Of a DNA stretch of 64,000 bases, positions 10,750 through 23,111 are shown in pieces. The translations under genes were made by a program, and so were the position numbers. Under the pieces are notes generated by a model. The model did no database searches. It was not told the origin of the DNA and saw only the letters and a program-made list of their open reading frames with translations. Every line of letters starts with the position of its first letter. Position 1 is the first letter of the stretch. This DNA is from Octopus vulgaris (taxonomy: Eukaryota): NCBI GenBank assembly GCA_951406725.2, contig OX597836.1, positions 44,640,001 to 44,704,000 on the forward strand, read 5' to 3'.

Positions 10750-12100
10750 ACTCTGTTGCCATCCAATTCCATTGTTATGAATTTGAATTGGGATCTTGAG
10801 TCATAGGGAATCTTTCATTAACTGATTCCACAACCATGGCCACCACCCCTATGGATGCATTTGCAGTTACTCTCTTGATAGAGCTTGGTGATCTTGACTA
10901 TTGATTTCCTAAGATTCCTCTGCTCAGCATCAATGTAAGAAGCACCATTTGCTCGTCTGAGCTCTTGTGCTACCACTTTACAATTTACGATGCTACGGTC
11001 CAATGACTTTGCCATTTATCCCTAGCAGGGTGGCTGAATGGGTCCTATGCCTTGCCAAATGGCAGCCCCAAACCATGCAGGGCATAGCTGTCACACTCTA
11101 TACCTGTATACTTGCATACCCTGACCACCAAAATGCTCTGTCCACCAACATTGCCCTCTCTTATTTTTTCTCCGTTTTGGTGCTGGAACTTTTACTGCCA
11201 AGATTTGGGGTTTTGGCACATGGGACTGTTGTGTCTTATCATTATTTATCTTTATATATATATAAAAGTGAAGTTGCGTGGTGTCTGTCTCCTACAAATT
11301 AGATTCCTAACTACTCCCACATTTTGCGGTGCAGTTTAACCAAAACCGGGTATCTTATAGTCGTGATTCATATCGAGCCCTTCTGGGTATTAGCGCGCGT
11401 CTACGATGAGTCTACGATTTAAAAATAAATTTACCATCATTTTTTTCCATTTTAATGCATTTTTTTCGCTATTATATAAGGGAAGTAACTCTCTAAAAGT
11501 TTATTATCAAATCTCAGAACGTAAAAAGCTACAGTAACCCCCCCCCCCCTTGTGGTTAGCCATATTGAGATGGCTATTATACTTTACATCTCTAAAAATG
11601 CTTATATAGTTATTTCCCTTACAAACCCGAGCAACGCCGGGCGATACTGCTAGTTTATTATATAATATTTAGGTAAATTATGAGATAACAATTACTTATA
11701 TATAATTAATAATAATATTGATTGTGACTTCTGATTTTTTTTCCCCCACTGCTTTCATGGATTCCCATGACCCTCTGTCACCATCCAATTCCATTGTTAT
11801 GAATTTGAATTGGGAACTTGAATCATAGGGAATCTTCCATTAACTGATTCCACAACCATGGCCACCACCCCTATTGATGCATTTGCAGTTACTCTCTTGA
11901 CAGAGCTTGGTGATACTGATTCTTAATCTTCTAGGATTCCTCCACTCAGCATCAATGTCAGAAGCACCATTGGCTCAGTTGAGCTCGTCCACTCCCTCTT
12001 CACAATCCACCATGCTGCAGTCCCATCACTTTGCCATATCCCTAGCAGGGTGGCTGAACGGGGTGTTATGCCTTGCCAAAGGGCAACCCATAACTATGCA
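10750..12100. repeat. Diverged direct duplication of a ~330-bp unclassified sequence (10750-11080 and 11773-12100)
   Basis: Shared blocks such as CCATCCAATTCCATTGTTATGAATTTGAATTGGGA and CCCTAGCAGGGTGGCTGAA. Confidence 0.85.
11249..11653 (+). mobile_element. Non-autonomous Helitron, family 1, carrying a ~90-bp insert
   Basis: A|TC...CTAG|T with hairpin; same insert in the copy at 36503-36900. Confidence 0.85.
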
Positions 12101-12699
12101 AGGCGGCGAGCTAGCAGAATCGTTAGCGAAATGCTTAGCGGTATTTCACCTGGCGCTACATTCTGAGTTCAAATTCCGCCGAGGTTGACTTTGCCTTTCA
12201 TCCTTTCGGGGTCAATTAAATAAGTACCAGTTACGCACTGGGGTCGATATAATCGACTTAATCCGTTTGTCTGTCCTTGTTTGTCCTCTCTGTGTTTAGC
12301 CCCTTGTGGGTAGTAAAGAAATAGGTATGCTCACCACTATGTGAGGTATTTTTAAAATACCCACATACCTGAAATGCTGGGTTGATTCCCAGTTTAAATT
12401 TTGACAGAGCGGGGAGAAATCAAGCCGGCTGCAGCTCTAGGAAAGAATTGTCTAAGTACTGAACATTTTAGCCATTTAGCATTTAAACTGGCCATATCTG
12501 GCCAGAACCTGTTTTATGTTCAGACCAGACAGACCTGGCTTCTCACACTTACCCTACAATGTCATTCTAAGAATACAGAGCCACATGGTCAAACTCTCAA
12601 AGGTACAAGATAATGCACAATATATTGAAAATGGTGTGATTTAATAAGCATTGATTTTGACAGAATAATCTGAATGCTAAAAGGGTTAAAACATAACAA

Positions 12700-13197
12700 T
12701 AACTCTGAGCACCTTTTCAAACTCCACCCGTCTAACACCTGTGGACATGTTTACAAAGTCAGAAAACAGCACAGCTCCCATAACTTTCGGAAACATTTTT
12801 TCATGCTAAGAGTTGCTGAAGCATGGAACTGACTGCCGGCATCAGTTGTTAGTTGTCGGAGCACTGCATCCTTCAAAACTTCCATGCTTTCTGAGATTTG
12901 CCAACACTACACCTGATCTTCTCCCCTCCATACACACGCTGATGCATGGAACAAACTGCCGGCATCAGTTCTTAGTTGTCGGAGCACTGCATCCTTCAAA
13001 ACTTCCATGCTTCCTGAGATTTGCCAACACTACACCTGATTTTCTCCCCTCCATACACACGCCAGCATGTATCTGACTCATACATTGTTCGCTTTCCAGT
13101 CATTTGTACATTACTGCATATACTTTATACGCACTTTCTGACAAGTTGTGGTGCACCTGAGCACTGTATACAATAATTTCATTATTATTATTATTAT
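12700..13197 (+). mobile_element. CR1-group LINE 3' end with internal duplication
   Basis: LRVAEAWNxLPASVVSCRSTASFKTSM-type terminus, (TTA)n tail; fragment also at ~18025-18180. Confidence 0.75.
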
Positions 13198-13650
13198 AAG
13201 TGTTAGAGAAGTCTGACTGGAAGAAAATGCAGTTATAGAGAAGTCTGGAAGAAAATCTCCATTATAGTAGCTGTAGCAATGGCAGATAGAAAAAAACCCA
13301 CATTAAAAAACAAATACATGGGCTTGATGTACATGCTTATGGTACCATGTTGTTAGTGGGTGACCAATTAAACATGTGGGATCTACATGAATGGCAGATA
13401 CTAAGTGTGAGCTAAAAGAAAAAAAAAAGATATTTCAAATTTTCAAATTGTATGATAAATAAAATGAAATATCTGTTTTAGCTGCAGCCAGATAGAGTTG
13501 TAAAAATTCCTTAAAAAGAGAATTCAAATCTCAGAATTAATCAGTAAAGATTACTCTAAGGACAACTCCCAATATTAGTATTATATGTTAATGCTAAAGA
13601 ATATACTTTTCCTGTATGTATTTGTGAATCTTGAGGGATGTTGTTAATTT

Positions 13651-14071
13651 GGATCTTTTTGCTTTGACCGGCAGATTTTAAAAATAATTTCTAGCGATGT
13701 TATATGAAATTGTCACCCATAATTATGACCCTAGTATCGATCCATTGCATTTCAATCTGTTTTAGGGTTAGGGGTGGGGCGAAGGGTATCTTTTTTTCTT
13801 CAGAAATGTAAATAAACCCAATCTGTTTCTTAAACAAGGGACATATTCGTACGGCACAGAATGTTTTCACCTCAATAGACGTCACTGATTGGTTGAAATT
13901 GCAGAAATTGAAGAAAAAAAACAACAAATATCTTACAAACTATAGAATTTTCTCAATAAAGCCAAGAGAAAAAGATGTTTTATAAACACATTCTACCAGT
14001 ATACGAAGTTTAAAAGTGTTTGGTTACGTGGAAATTATTTAAAAAATCTGCCGGTCAAAGTGAAAAGATCC
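13651..14071. mobile_element. MITE with ~40-bp TIRs and 8-bp TSD (Merlin-like)
   Basis: GGATCTTTT..CTTTGACCGGCAGATTTT / AAAATCTGCCGGTCAAAG..AAAAGATCC; TSD GTTAATTT on both sides. Confidence 0.8.
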
Positions 14072-14172
14072 GTTAATTTTTAAGATATTTTATAATGTTA
14101 TCAGATGATCTCTGTTGTATCATTTAAATTAACTTCTTTTTTTAATGCTTTCCTCTCATTTCATATTCCCAG

Positions 14173-14202
14173 AGCCATTAATTGACCAAAATGTTTTGGA
14201 TG
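14173..14202 (+). CDS. VPS11: VPS11 30-nt microexon
   Basis: Long pyrimidine tract, cag|...|gtaagt; phase 1-1; (Q)PLIDQNVLD(G) fits in frame between DYRPSD and GIPKIQKA. Confidence 0.82.
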
Positions 14203-15109
14203 GTAAGTCAGTCTCTTTCTTCTGACCTGATAATTTTGTTTATATCTTCATAATCATCATTGTTTAACGTCCGTTTTCCATGCTAGCATGGGTTGGACGG
14301 TTCGACCGGGGTCTGGGAAGCCAGGAGGCTGCACCAGGCACCTGTCTGTTCTGGTAGAGTTTCTACAGCTGGATGCCCTTCCTAACGCCAACCACTCCAA
14401 GAGTGTAGTGGGTGCTTTTTACATGCCACCAGCACAGGTGCCAGGGGAGGCTGAACCATTCTGTGATCATTCTTTTCTTCCCAAGTATGACATACTTACT
14501 ACTTACCTGTAATTCACCTGGGATGTGTTGAACTGACTTTGACCAACGAGTTCACTACGTCCCTCACAAATGCTGACCACATCTCACCATCGGCTATGGT
14601 CAAGGCTGTAATGGATACCCACTTTCATTTCCATTGCCAAAGACTGTAGACTTGGAGGCCTGATTCAGCTTCCATGTCTGCCTTTCCTGTCGCCTGCCAT
14701 GTCTTCAGTTGTCCTCTTGTTCGTTTGCGCCAACCTGGGAGGGAAACCACGTTGAGCTTTTTCATGGAACTCTGAATCTTTTTGGGAAGAACCAAGGAAA
14801 TTATTTCCTTATTAGAGACCTAGCCTGATTTTTTGCAACAGAGTTGGATTTCACTAAAGGCATCCAAGGGACAAGTGATGGTGTTAAGTCTGCCACTAAA
14901 AATCCAATGAAATCTACCTGATGGGCTTCCACACAGTTTCCATCTGTCTGATTTCATTCACAAGTTCATAGTAGTAGGTGCCCAATGTACCATAGAGTTG
15001 GATTGAACCTGGAGCCACATGATTGAAAAGCCAAGTTTGTGACCATAAAAACGCCACCGCTGTGGTGATCTCATTCTCACTCACAACATCATAAGCAGAA
15101 AGTGTAACC

Positions 15110-15415
15110 TCTCGAAAGAGCTGTTCTTCACTCCTGCTCCAGAGTGTGGGCTGCGGGGTCACTTCAAAAAGCTCTATCTACGACGATTTCATCTCAATCG
15201 AAGGAGAGGGGCTTTCTCCGTCCGGGTTGCGAATCCGTGGAATAAGCTGCCGTAAGAGATAGTGAAGATGCCGACGACTGCTCGGTTCAAAGTCTCTCTT
15301 GACCAGAAATGGCCTGAACTCTTTGTATGACCACCCTTCCTGTACGTAACTCCCTGTCCCCCTACATGGCCTTGCTTTTTACTTTTTGAGCCAATAAAAA
15401 TTGAATTGAATTGAA
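15110..15415 (+). mobile_element. CR1 LINE 3' end
   Basis: LRGHFKKLYLRRFHLNRRRGAFSVRVANPWNKLP*...FKVSLD; (TTGAA)n tail. Confidence 0.85.
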
Positions 15416-15573
15416 TATTTACATTTCATACAATTTATTGAACAGCTGCACTTTGTTGCATCATTGCAAGAGTGTAACAGTTTGTATTTTTCTTTTATTC
15501 TTCATTTTTCTAGTTAATTTGTTACTCTTTTATTTTTTATTTTTTTCCTATCTTTTCTGTTTTCCTTTTCCAG

Positions 15574-15674
15574 GTGGTATCCCAAAGATCCAGAAAGCAC
15601 CTGCTGAAGAATTCATTCACATCTTTGTAAGCAGTTCTGCTCGTCTGACTGAGTTTTTAGAACACATGATCAAA
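15574..15674 (+). CDS. VPS11: VPS11 exon
   Basis: cag|...|gtaagc; (G)GIPKIQKAPAEEFIHIFVSSSARLTEFLEHMIK. Confidence 0.95.
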
Positions 15675-16469
15675 GTAAGCACATTTTGGTAACTTCAGAA
15701 TCTTTCGTTAACGGTTTAAATAGATATCTAAATTTCATTTAGAAAGCACATAAAAAACACATAAAAAGTCACTATTCAAGTGTGATCGTTACCAGCGTCA
15801 CCTTACTGGCACGTGAAAAACATTCGAGCAAGGTCGTTGCCAAGTGCCACAGGACCGGCTCCTGTGCAGGTGGCACATAAAAAGCACCATTTGAGCATGG
15901 CCATCGCCAGAACCGCCTGACTGGCTGACTGGCTCTTGTGTCGGTGGCACGTAAAAGCACCCACTACACTCTCGGAGTGGTTGGCGTTAGGAAGGCCATC
16001 CAGCTGTAGAAACTCTGCCAGATCAGATTGGAGCCTGGTGCAGCCATCTGGTTCGCCAGTCCTCAGTCAAATCGTCCAACACATGCCAGCACGGAAAGCG
16101 GACGTTAAACGATAATGATGATGATGAAAGCAGGACCCACAGTTTAACTCACCTAAGAGGATATCAAACTACAAATCAAAGGGACCATGGTTCATATTTT
16201 GTCTTTGCCTCTGCACTGTGTTCCATAGCTTATTCAGGTTACTCTGCCAAATGTAAGGCTTATTTATTCACACGGTTTTGAATTAATCATACATTATCTC
16301 ATAGCTTCAGGATTTCTATATGAATGTTTATTTTCAGAATAACATTGTAGGGTAGGTGTGAGAGGTCGGATATAGCCAGTTTGAACAAAAAACAGGTAGA
16401 ATATTAAGGCTGGATATGGCCATTTTAAGTGCTAAAGGGTTAATTCTAAATGGCCCAATGCACATAACT

Positions 16470-16840
16470 GGAGATAGGTTCACCCTGAGCCCTCAAGAGA
16501 CAAGTTGGGAGTTCGTGTTGGTGTTATGCCTAGGGTGCCATATAGTTGGTTTTGTACATAGTGTTGTACTAGTGAATGCCTAAAAAAACCATAAGAAAAT
16601 TATGTTTGTTTTAAAACTTGAGATTACATAGAAAGTATTTTGCATGGGATGTGGGCAGTTCCCATAAGCACTATCTTTTGAATTTCTGCCATTTCGGGGT
16701 TTCCTGGTATCTGAGCTGGGTAGCAATCAGCCCCCTTTGCGATCATTCCCAGGGCACCTCTGACAACAGGTATTGTTTTAGTCTTCAGGTTCCACATTTT
16801 GCTAATTTCTATTTCAAGATCTTTATACTTGCTTAGTTTT
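16470..16840 (-). mobile_element. R4/Dong-clade non-LTR retrotransposon 3' fragment (RLE domain end)
   Basis: KLSKYKDLEIEISKMWNLKTKTIPVVRGALG...IQKIVLMGTAHI; abuts a long (TAA)n tract. Confidence 0.8.
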
Positions 16841-16851
16841 TTATTATTATT

Positions 16852-16886
<35 letters not shown>

Positions 16887-16888
16887 TA

Positions 16889-16922
<34 letters not shown>

Positions 16923-17095
16923 CATTATTATTATTATTATCATTATTATTATTATTATCATTATTATTATTATCATTATTATTATTATTATTATCATTAT
17001 TATTATTATTATTATTATTATCATTAGTATTATTATTATTATCATTATTATTATTATTATTATTATCATTATTATTATCATTATTATTATTATCA

Positions 17096-17141
<46 letters not shown>

Positions 17142-17155
17142 TATTATTATTACTA
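16841..17155. repeat. (TTA/TCA)n microsatellite, ~315 bp
   Basis: Read directly; source of the spurious poly-N, poly-L and poly-I ORFs. Confidence 0.98.
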
Positions 17156-17163
17156 TTTTGCAG

Positions 17164-17247
17164 GTGCAACCCAACTCAAGCAGTCTGTTGTACAACACCC
17201 TTTTGGAACTCTACCTCCAAAATACTGGACATGAAACAGAACCTGTG
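17164..17247 (+). CDS. VPS11: VPS11 exon
   Basis: cag|...|gttcgt; VQPNSSSLLYNTLLELYLQNTGHETEPV. Confidence 0.9.
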
Positions 17248-18917
17248 GTTCGTTTAAAACTTTCTTAACCTCTTTCTCTGATTTGCACTTCCCTAGTCTT
17301 ATTTAAGTCAGAAGAAATATATATATATTGGCTTGAAAAAATCTACTTATCTTAGATGTTGTGAAACGGGTTGACATGTTCCTGAATATGAATCACAGCT
17401 ATAATAATGTTGGTCGACCTACCAACTAAATTGTTCCCTGTTTTTAACCTAGCATTTGTGTTGTGCTCTGTCCTTAATCAAGACACTCAACTTCAATATG
17501 TCAGTGATATAAAGAAGCATGCATTTTGCACTAAAAGCCAATATGAGAGTGTCTCTCGCGGTTTCTACCACAGTATAGTTTGTTCTAACAGAACACCCAT
17601 GTTTATGTGGGGATAAATATTACCTCTCGGTATTAATACTGCCTCTGTCACTAATATGTATTTATTATTATCGTTATTTTTAAAACGAATGTAATTTGAG
17701 AGAGATTTGCCTACTATTTCTAGCAGGTCAAACAACTATGTACTAAAGACTTCGTTAGTAGGTCAAATTAATGTGTAATTAGTTTGTTGATTTCATTATT
17801 AATTTCAAATACTTCCATTAGCAAAACTTATGTGGTATGTAATTAGAAGGCAATTTTGATTAATTGTTCTGTTTATAATAACAGAAATGTCTCGCCATGT
17901 TAAGGTTTAAATGCGGTGATTGGGGAGAAAAATATTAGTAACTAGTAATTAATTAACATAATTGTCAAGCTGATCAAACAAGAAAACAGCTCTGAGTGTT
18001 TCTGGTTTCTTTTATACACCATTGTCATCTTTCACGCTAAGAGTTGCTGAAGCATGGAACAAACTGCCGGCATTAGTTGTTAGTTGTCGGAGCACTGCAT
18101 CCTTCAAAACTTCCATGCTTCCTGAGATTCACCAAAACTACACCTGATTTTCTCCCCTCCATACACACGCAAGCATGTATGGTAAGCTGTGTGGTAAGTA
18201 GCTTGTTTACCAACCACATGGTTCCGGGTTCAGTCCCACTGCATGGCACCTTGGGCAAGTGTCTTCTACTATAGCCTCGGGCCAACCAAAGCCTTGTGAG
18301 TGGATTTGGTAGACGGAAACTGAAAGAAGCCCATCGTATATATGTATATATATGTATGCGTGTGTGTGTTTGTGTGTCTGTATTTGTCCCCCTAGCATTG
18401 CTTGACAACCGATGCTGGTGTATTTACGTCCCCGTTACTTAGCGGTTCAGCAAAAGAGACCGATAAAATAAGTACCAGGCTTACAAAAGAATAAGTCCCG
18501 GGGTCGAGTTGCTTGATTAAAGGCGGTGCTCCAGCATGGCCACAGTCAAATGACTGAAACAAGTAAAAGAGTAATAGTGTTCCTTTATTAAATTATCAAT
18601 TAATGTCATTTCTTGGGACCATTCAGTGTTTTTACAAGCATTTCTGTCTAATACGCTGCTTATTGGAGACCACCGAGCAAAAATGAGGACCATATCTCTA
18701 CTGATGACAGCAAAGAAACCAGAGACACCTGAAGTTGTCTCCTTTGGTCTTGCTTACCTCAAAACGACCCTATTTAAGTCTACTTTGATTATCTTTGATG
18801 TTTAAAAAAAACATTGGTAATAGTTAATCCACAATTATGTTACTAAAATAGGAAGTCAGTGGCCCCTTTTCTGCAATATACATTAAACATTAGATCTGTA
18901 CTTTGTGATATTTCTAG

Positions 18918-18950
<33 letters not shown>

Positions 18951-19011
18951 AATAATAATAATTTATAAAAATCGATGTAACTCTTCCACAAAGGTAAATA
19001 AACAATAAGGG

Positions 19012-19423
19012 AGAGCATGAAGGGATTTGTAATAGAGATTGTTTATTGAACAGATTAATATTTCAACAGATCATCTGTCTTCCTCAAGTTCATCATCATC
19101 ACCGTTTAACGTCCGCTTTCCATGCTAGCATGGGTTGGACGGTTCGACCGGGGTCTGGGAAGCCAGGAGGCTGCACCAGGCCCAGTGTGATCTGGCAGTG
19201 TTTCTACAGCTTGATGCCCTTCCTAACACCAACCACTCCGTGAGCGTAGTGGATACTTTTTACGTGCCACCGGCACGGAGGCCAGTCGGGGCGGCGCTGG
19301 CAATGGCCACATTCGGATAGTTCTTTTAACCAACATGTAAAATGAACCTGAAGGAGACAGACAATCTGTTGAAATATTAATCTGTTCAATAAACAATCTC
19401 TATAATAAATAACATCATGCTCT
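19012..19423. repeat. Fold-back element with a family C SINE at its centre, flanked by (TTA)n tracts
   Basis: ATAGAGATTGTTTATTGAACAGATTAATATTTCAACAGA is inverted at ~19364-19403. Confidence 0.8.
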
Positions 19424-19447
19424 TACTGTTTTTTTTATTTATTGTTG

Positions 19448-19526
<79 letters not shown>

Positions 19527-19806
19527 CATTATTATTATTATTTGTAATATTATTATTATTATTATCATGGCAGTGAGCTGGCGGAATTGTTAACATTCCA
19601 GGCAAAATGTTTCAGGCATTTCATCCGTATTTACATTCTGAATTTCATTGAGGCCAACTTTGCCTTTCATCCTTTTGGATTGATAAAATAAGTACCAACT
19701 TAATTAACTTACTCTTCCTCTGACCTTGCTGGCTTTGTGCCAAAATTTGAAACCCTTATTATTATTATTGTTATTATTGTCATTGGTAGATGTGTTTTAG
19801 TATTTA

Positions 19807-20103
19807 CTAGCAGTATCACCCGGCGTTGAAGGGAAATAACTATATAAGCATTTTTAGAGAGTTACTTCCCTTATATAACCCGAGCAAAAATTATTAAAAA
19901 TGCGGAAAAAATGATGGTATATTTTTTTTAAAATCGTAGACTCATCATAGATGCATGCTAATACCCAGAAGGGCTCAATATGAATGACGACTATAAGATA
20001 CCCGCTTTTGGTTAAACTGCACTGCAAAATGTGGGAGTAGTTAGGAATCTAAATCGGAGGAGACAGAGTCTCACACACACAACTTAAATTTTATATATAA
20101 AGA
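19807..20103 (-). mobile_element. Helitron family 1 copy
   Basis: Reverse-complement copy; CTAG at 19807; deletion in the 3' hairpin. Confidence 0.8.
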
Positions 20104-20242
20104 TATGCCCCTTTGTGTTCTGAGCACAAGTTGATAAAATAAGCATTAAGTAATGGAAGGAGGAGCTCAACTGCACACCCCTTCTTTAATCCATTGCCTT
20201 GTGCCTGTTCTTGAATTTATCATACCTTATTGTATAAAACAA

Positions 20243-20639
20243 TCTTTATATATAAAAGTCAAGTTGTGTGTCTGTCTCCTACGATTTAGATTCCTAACTA
20301 CTCCCACATTTTGCGGTGCAGTGTTACCAAAAGCGGGTATCTTATAGCCGTGATTCATATCGAGCCCTTCTGGGTATTAGCGCGCGTCTACGATGAGTCT
20401 ACGATTTAAAAAAAAATTTACCATCATTTTTTTCCATTTTAATGCATTTTTTTCGCTATTATATAAGGGAAGTAACTCTCTGAAAATGTCTACGATGAGT
20501 CAACGATTTTTAAAAAAAATTTATCATTTTTTTTTCCATTTTTAATGTTTTTTTTGCTATTTTTTGGCTATAACTCTCTAAAAATGCTTATATAGTTATT
20601 TCCCTTACAAACCCAAGCAACGCCGGGCGATACTGCTAG
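20243..20639 (+). mobile_element. Helitron family 1 copy
   Basis: A|TC...CTAG|T. Confidence 0.85.
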
Positions 20640-21619
20640 TATATAATAAAATAAATTGTTAGTATTATCATTTTCCTCAATCACATCTCTTTGGTAATAT
20701 TTTTTTATTGCTGACCTCGGTAGGTTGAAATCTTCTTTTAATAGTAAACAAATTGGAAATTAATCATCTTTACCATTATTTATCTATTTTGTTTCTTTAC
20801 ATGTGACGATGGCACTTGTGCGCTTTGATTCTGGATTTTTTTAAGGCCAAGTCAAAAACGGTATAATTTTTAAGAATGAATCTTTTCTGATACCTTATTT
20901 TCTTCCTTCCTCTCTAACATCAAGCCTCCCTCTTTACCATCATTAAAAGCTACATCATCATCATCATCATCATCGGCTTCCCTTTTTCTCTGCTTTTCCC
21001 TGCTGGCAAGGGATGGATGGGTTCCTATGCAAAGCAGGTTGAGGGATCACATCTCACTTATGCATTTTTTTTGTTTTTTTGGGGCATTGTTTCTACTGCT
21101 GGGGGTTTCTTTGTAAACATATCCCAGTTTGCAGTTTGCTCTGTATGCATTTTGTGGCTCCTTCACCAGAGGGATTGCTTCAACGACCATGAAGAACTGA
21201 AGAACATACCCTGGAAATAGTTGTGTCCAAATTCCTGGATACAAGCATGAAACCATGGCACAGAAACAGCTATAAGCACTTCACTCATGCATACATACAT
21301 AACTCTATGCTCTTTGGGATTCTTTGAGTCCATGTGAGCCCTTTGCTATTTTATAAGAAAACCAAAATTCTCTAACTCCAACATGTGTGTATGGTGTGTG
21401 TCTGTATATATTGAATTAGTGTTTAAGCACTGGAGATTATATATTTATATCATCATCATCATCATCATCATTTAACGTCCGCTTTCCATGCTAGCATGGG
21501 TTGGACGGTTCAACTGGGGTCTGGGGAGCCCGAAAGCTGCACCAGTCCAGTCAGATCTGGCAGTGTTTCTACAGCTGGATGCCCTTCCTAACGCCAACCA
21601 CTCCGAGAGTGTAGTGGGT

Positions 21620-21960
21620 GATTTTATGTGCCACCGACACAGGTGCCAGACGAGGCTGGCAAACGGCCACGCTCGGATGGTGTTTTTTTTATGTGCCACC
21701 GACACAGGTGCCAGACGAGGCTGGCAGACGGCCACGCTCGGATGGTGTTTTTATGTGCCACCGACACAGGTGCCAGATGAGGCTGGCAAACGGCCACGAT
21801 CGGATGGTGTTTTTATGTGCCACCGACACAGGTGCCAGACGAGGCTGGCAGACGGCCACGCTCGGATGGTGTTTGTTACGTGCCCACAGCACGGAGGCCA
21901 GTCGATGCGGTACTGGCTACGGCCACGTTCGGATGGTTTTCTTGTGTGCCACGTGCCACC
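21620..21960. repeat. ~61-bp minisatellite inside a family C SINE
   Basis: Units TTTTATGTGCCACCGACACAGGTGCCAGACGAGGCTGGCARACGGCCACGCTCGGATGGTG; similar arrays near 7250, 24950, 39490. Confidence 0.9.
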
Positions 21961-22352
21961 GGCACTGGTACCACAAAGATACAAATTCCATTGATGTTCA
22001 TCTATTTTGATTTGTTTATGTATATATATATATATATATAGAACTCACATAAAGAATCTTGCAAACCAAATCCAAAAACAAAATATATATGTATTAAATT
22101 AGTGCTTAAGCAGTGGGAAAATATATGCATTGAATTGAAGTGTTCAGTTCTATAACATACCATTAAACTCCGACCCCTAACAGGAATGGATTTCAAATGT
22201 TGGGAGGATATTTGGAAGAATCGAAAACAAAGGATTAGGCAGACAAGTTCTACATTGTTGCTGAATTTATTTGGATTAACATCCAAATCTCTTCCCAAGT
22301 TTGAACATAACTGTCTTAAGGGGAAGTTACACACTGGATATTGTTGTCTTAA

Positions 22353-22575
22353 CCCTTTCGATACCAATCTTGCTGAAACCAGCCTTGGCTCTGTAGTACA
22401 AATGTTTTGTTTTTATAAGTTTTGAATTAAAATCTTCCACCAAACTTTAGTCACGATTTATGTTCCTAACACTAGCTTAATGATAACTAAGTTATTCTAC
22501 TAAATTTTTTGTTATATCCAAAATTAAAATTAAAGAAAAACAGAGCATCTCAAAATAAATACGGTAACGAAAGGG
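22353..22575. mobile_element. piggyBac-type MITE, family 2
   Basis: TTAA|CCCTTTCG...CGAAAGGG|TTAA; other copies at ~38312-38532 and 54612-55329. Confidence 0.85.
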
Positions 22576-23111
22576 TTAATACATATCTAACTTGGTGGCA
22601 GTGGAGCAGAGATTGTTACTGCAAAGTCCCAAGCAGATATGGGATTAGCAGCATTCCACCTCTGACAATCTCAACTTTTTTATTGTTAGACATGGCTTAG
22701 TGCTTTGGGCTCGTGATTATAAGATTATAGTTTCAATTCCTGGATCAGGCAATGCATTGTGCTACTTCACTCAAAAATGAGTAACCCTGCAATGGACTGG
22801 TGTCCCATCCAGGGGGAAATATATGTGCCAAAGAAACAAGGAAACTAGCCCCGACAAATCTATATTACTTGGCAAAGATAGTGTATTACAGGCTACTTTA
22901 TCCTATGTGTTTATTCCCTTTTTTAAGACATGGAGATTGAAGGAGATTTATATGCTGTCTCTATCTGGTCAGTCAACAACATAGAAACCCCATCCTTGTG
23001 GCTTGTTGTTCCAGGAGTATAAAAGGCACAGATCGCCATGTGTCAGTGGGGTAACAGTTATTGTATATTGGTGAGTGGGTGGAGGTTTGTCTCTCAGCCA
23101 GATACCCTCTT

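Noticed and set aside
11858-11920. TMEM165/GDT1-like ELGD motif (AFAVTLLTELGDT) in the duplicated segment
   Set aside because: Short match bounded by stops, with no splice support; probably chance
16624-17257. Long poly-Asn, poly-Leu and poly-Ile ORFs
   Set aside because: Translations of the (TTA)n microsatellite; only the LINE remnant and the VPS11 exon have real coding origin
21620-21960. CRISPR-like regular repeats (also 54612-55329 and 60920-62122)
   Set aside because: No unique spacers, no cas genes, eukaryotic context; these are tandem repeats from transposons
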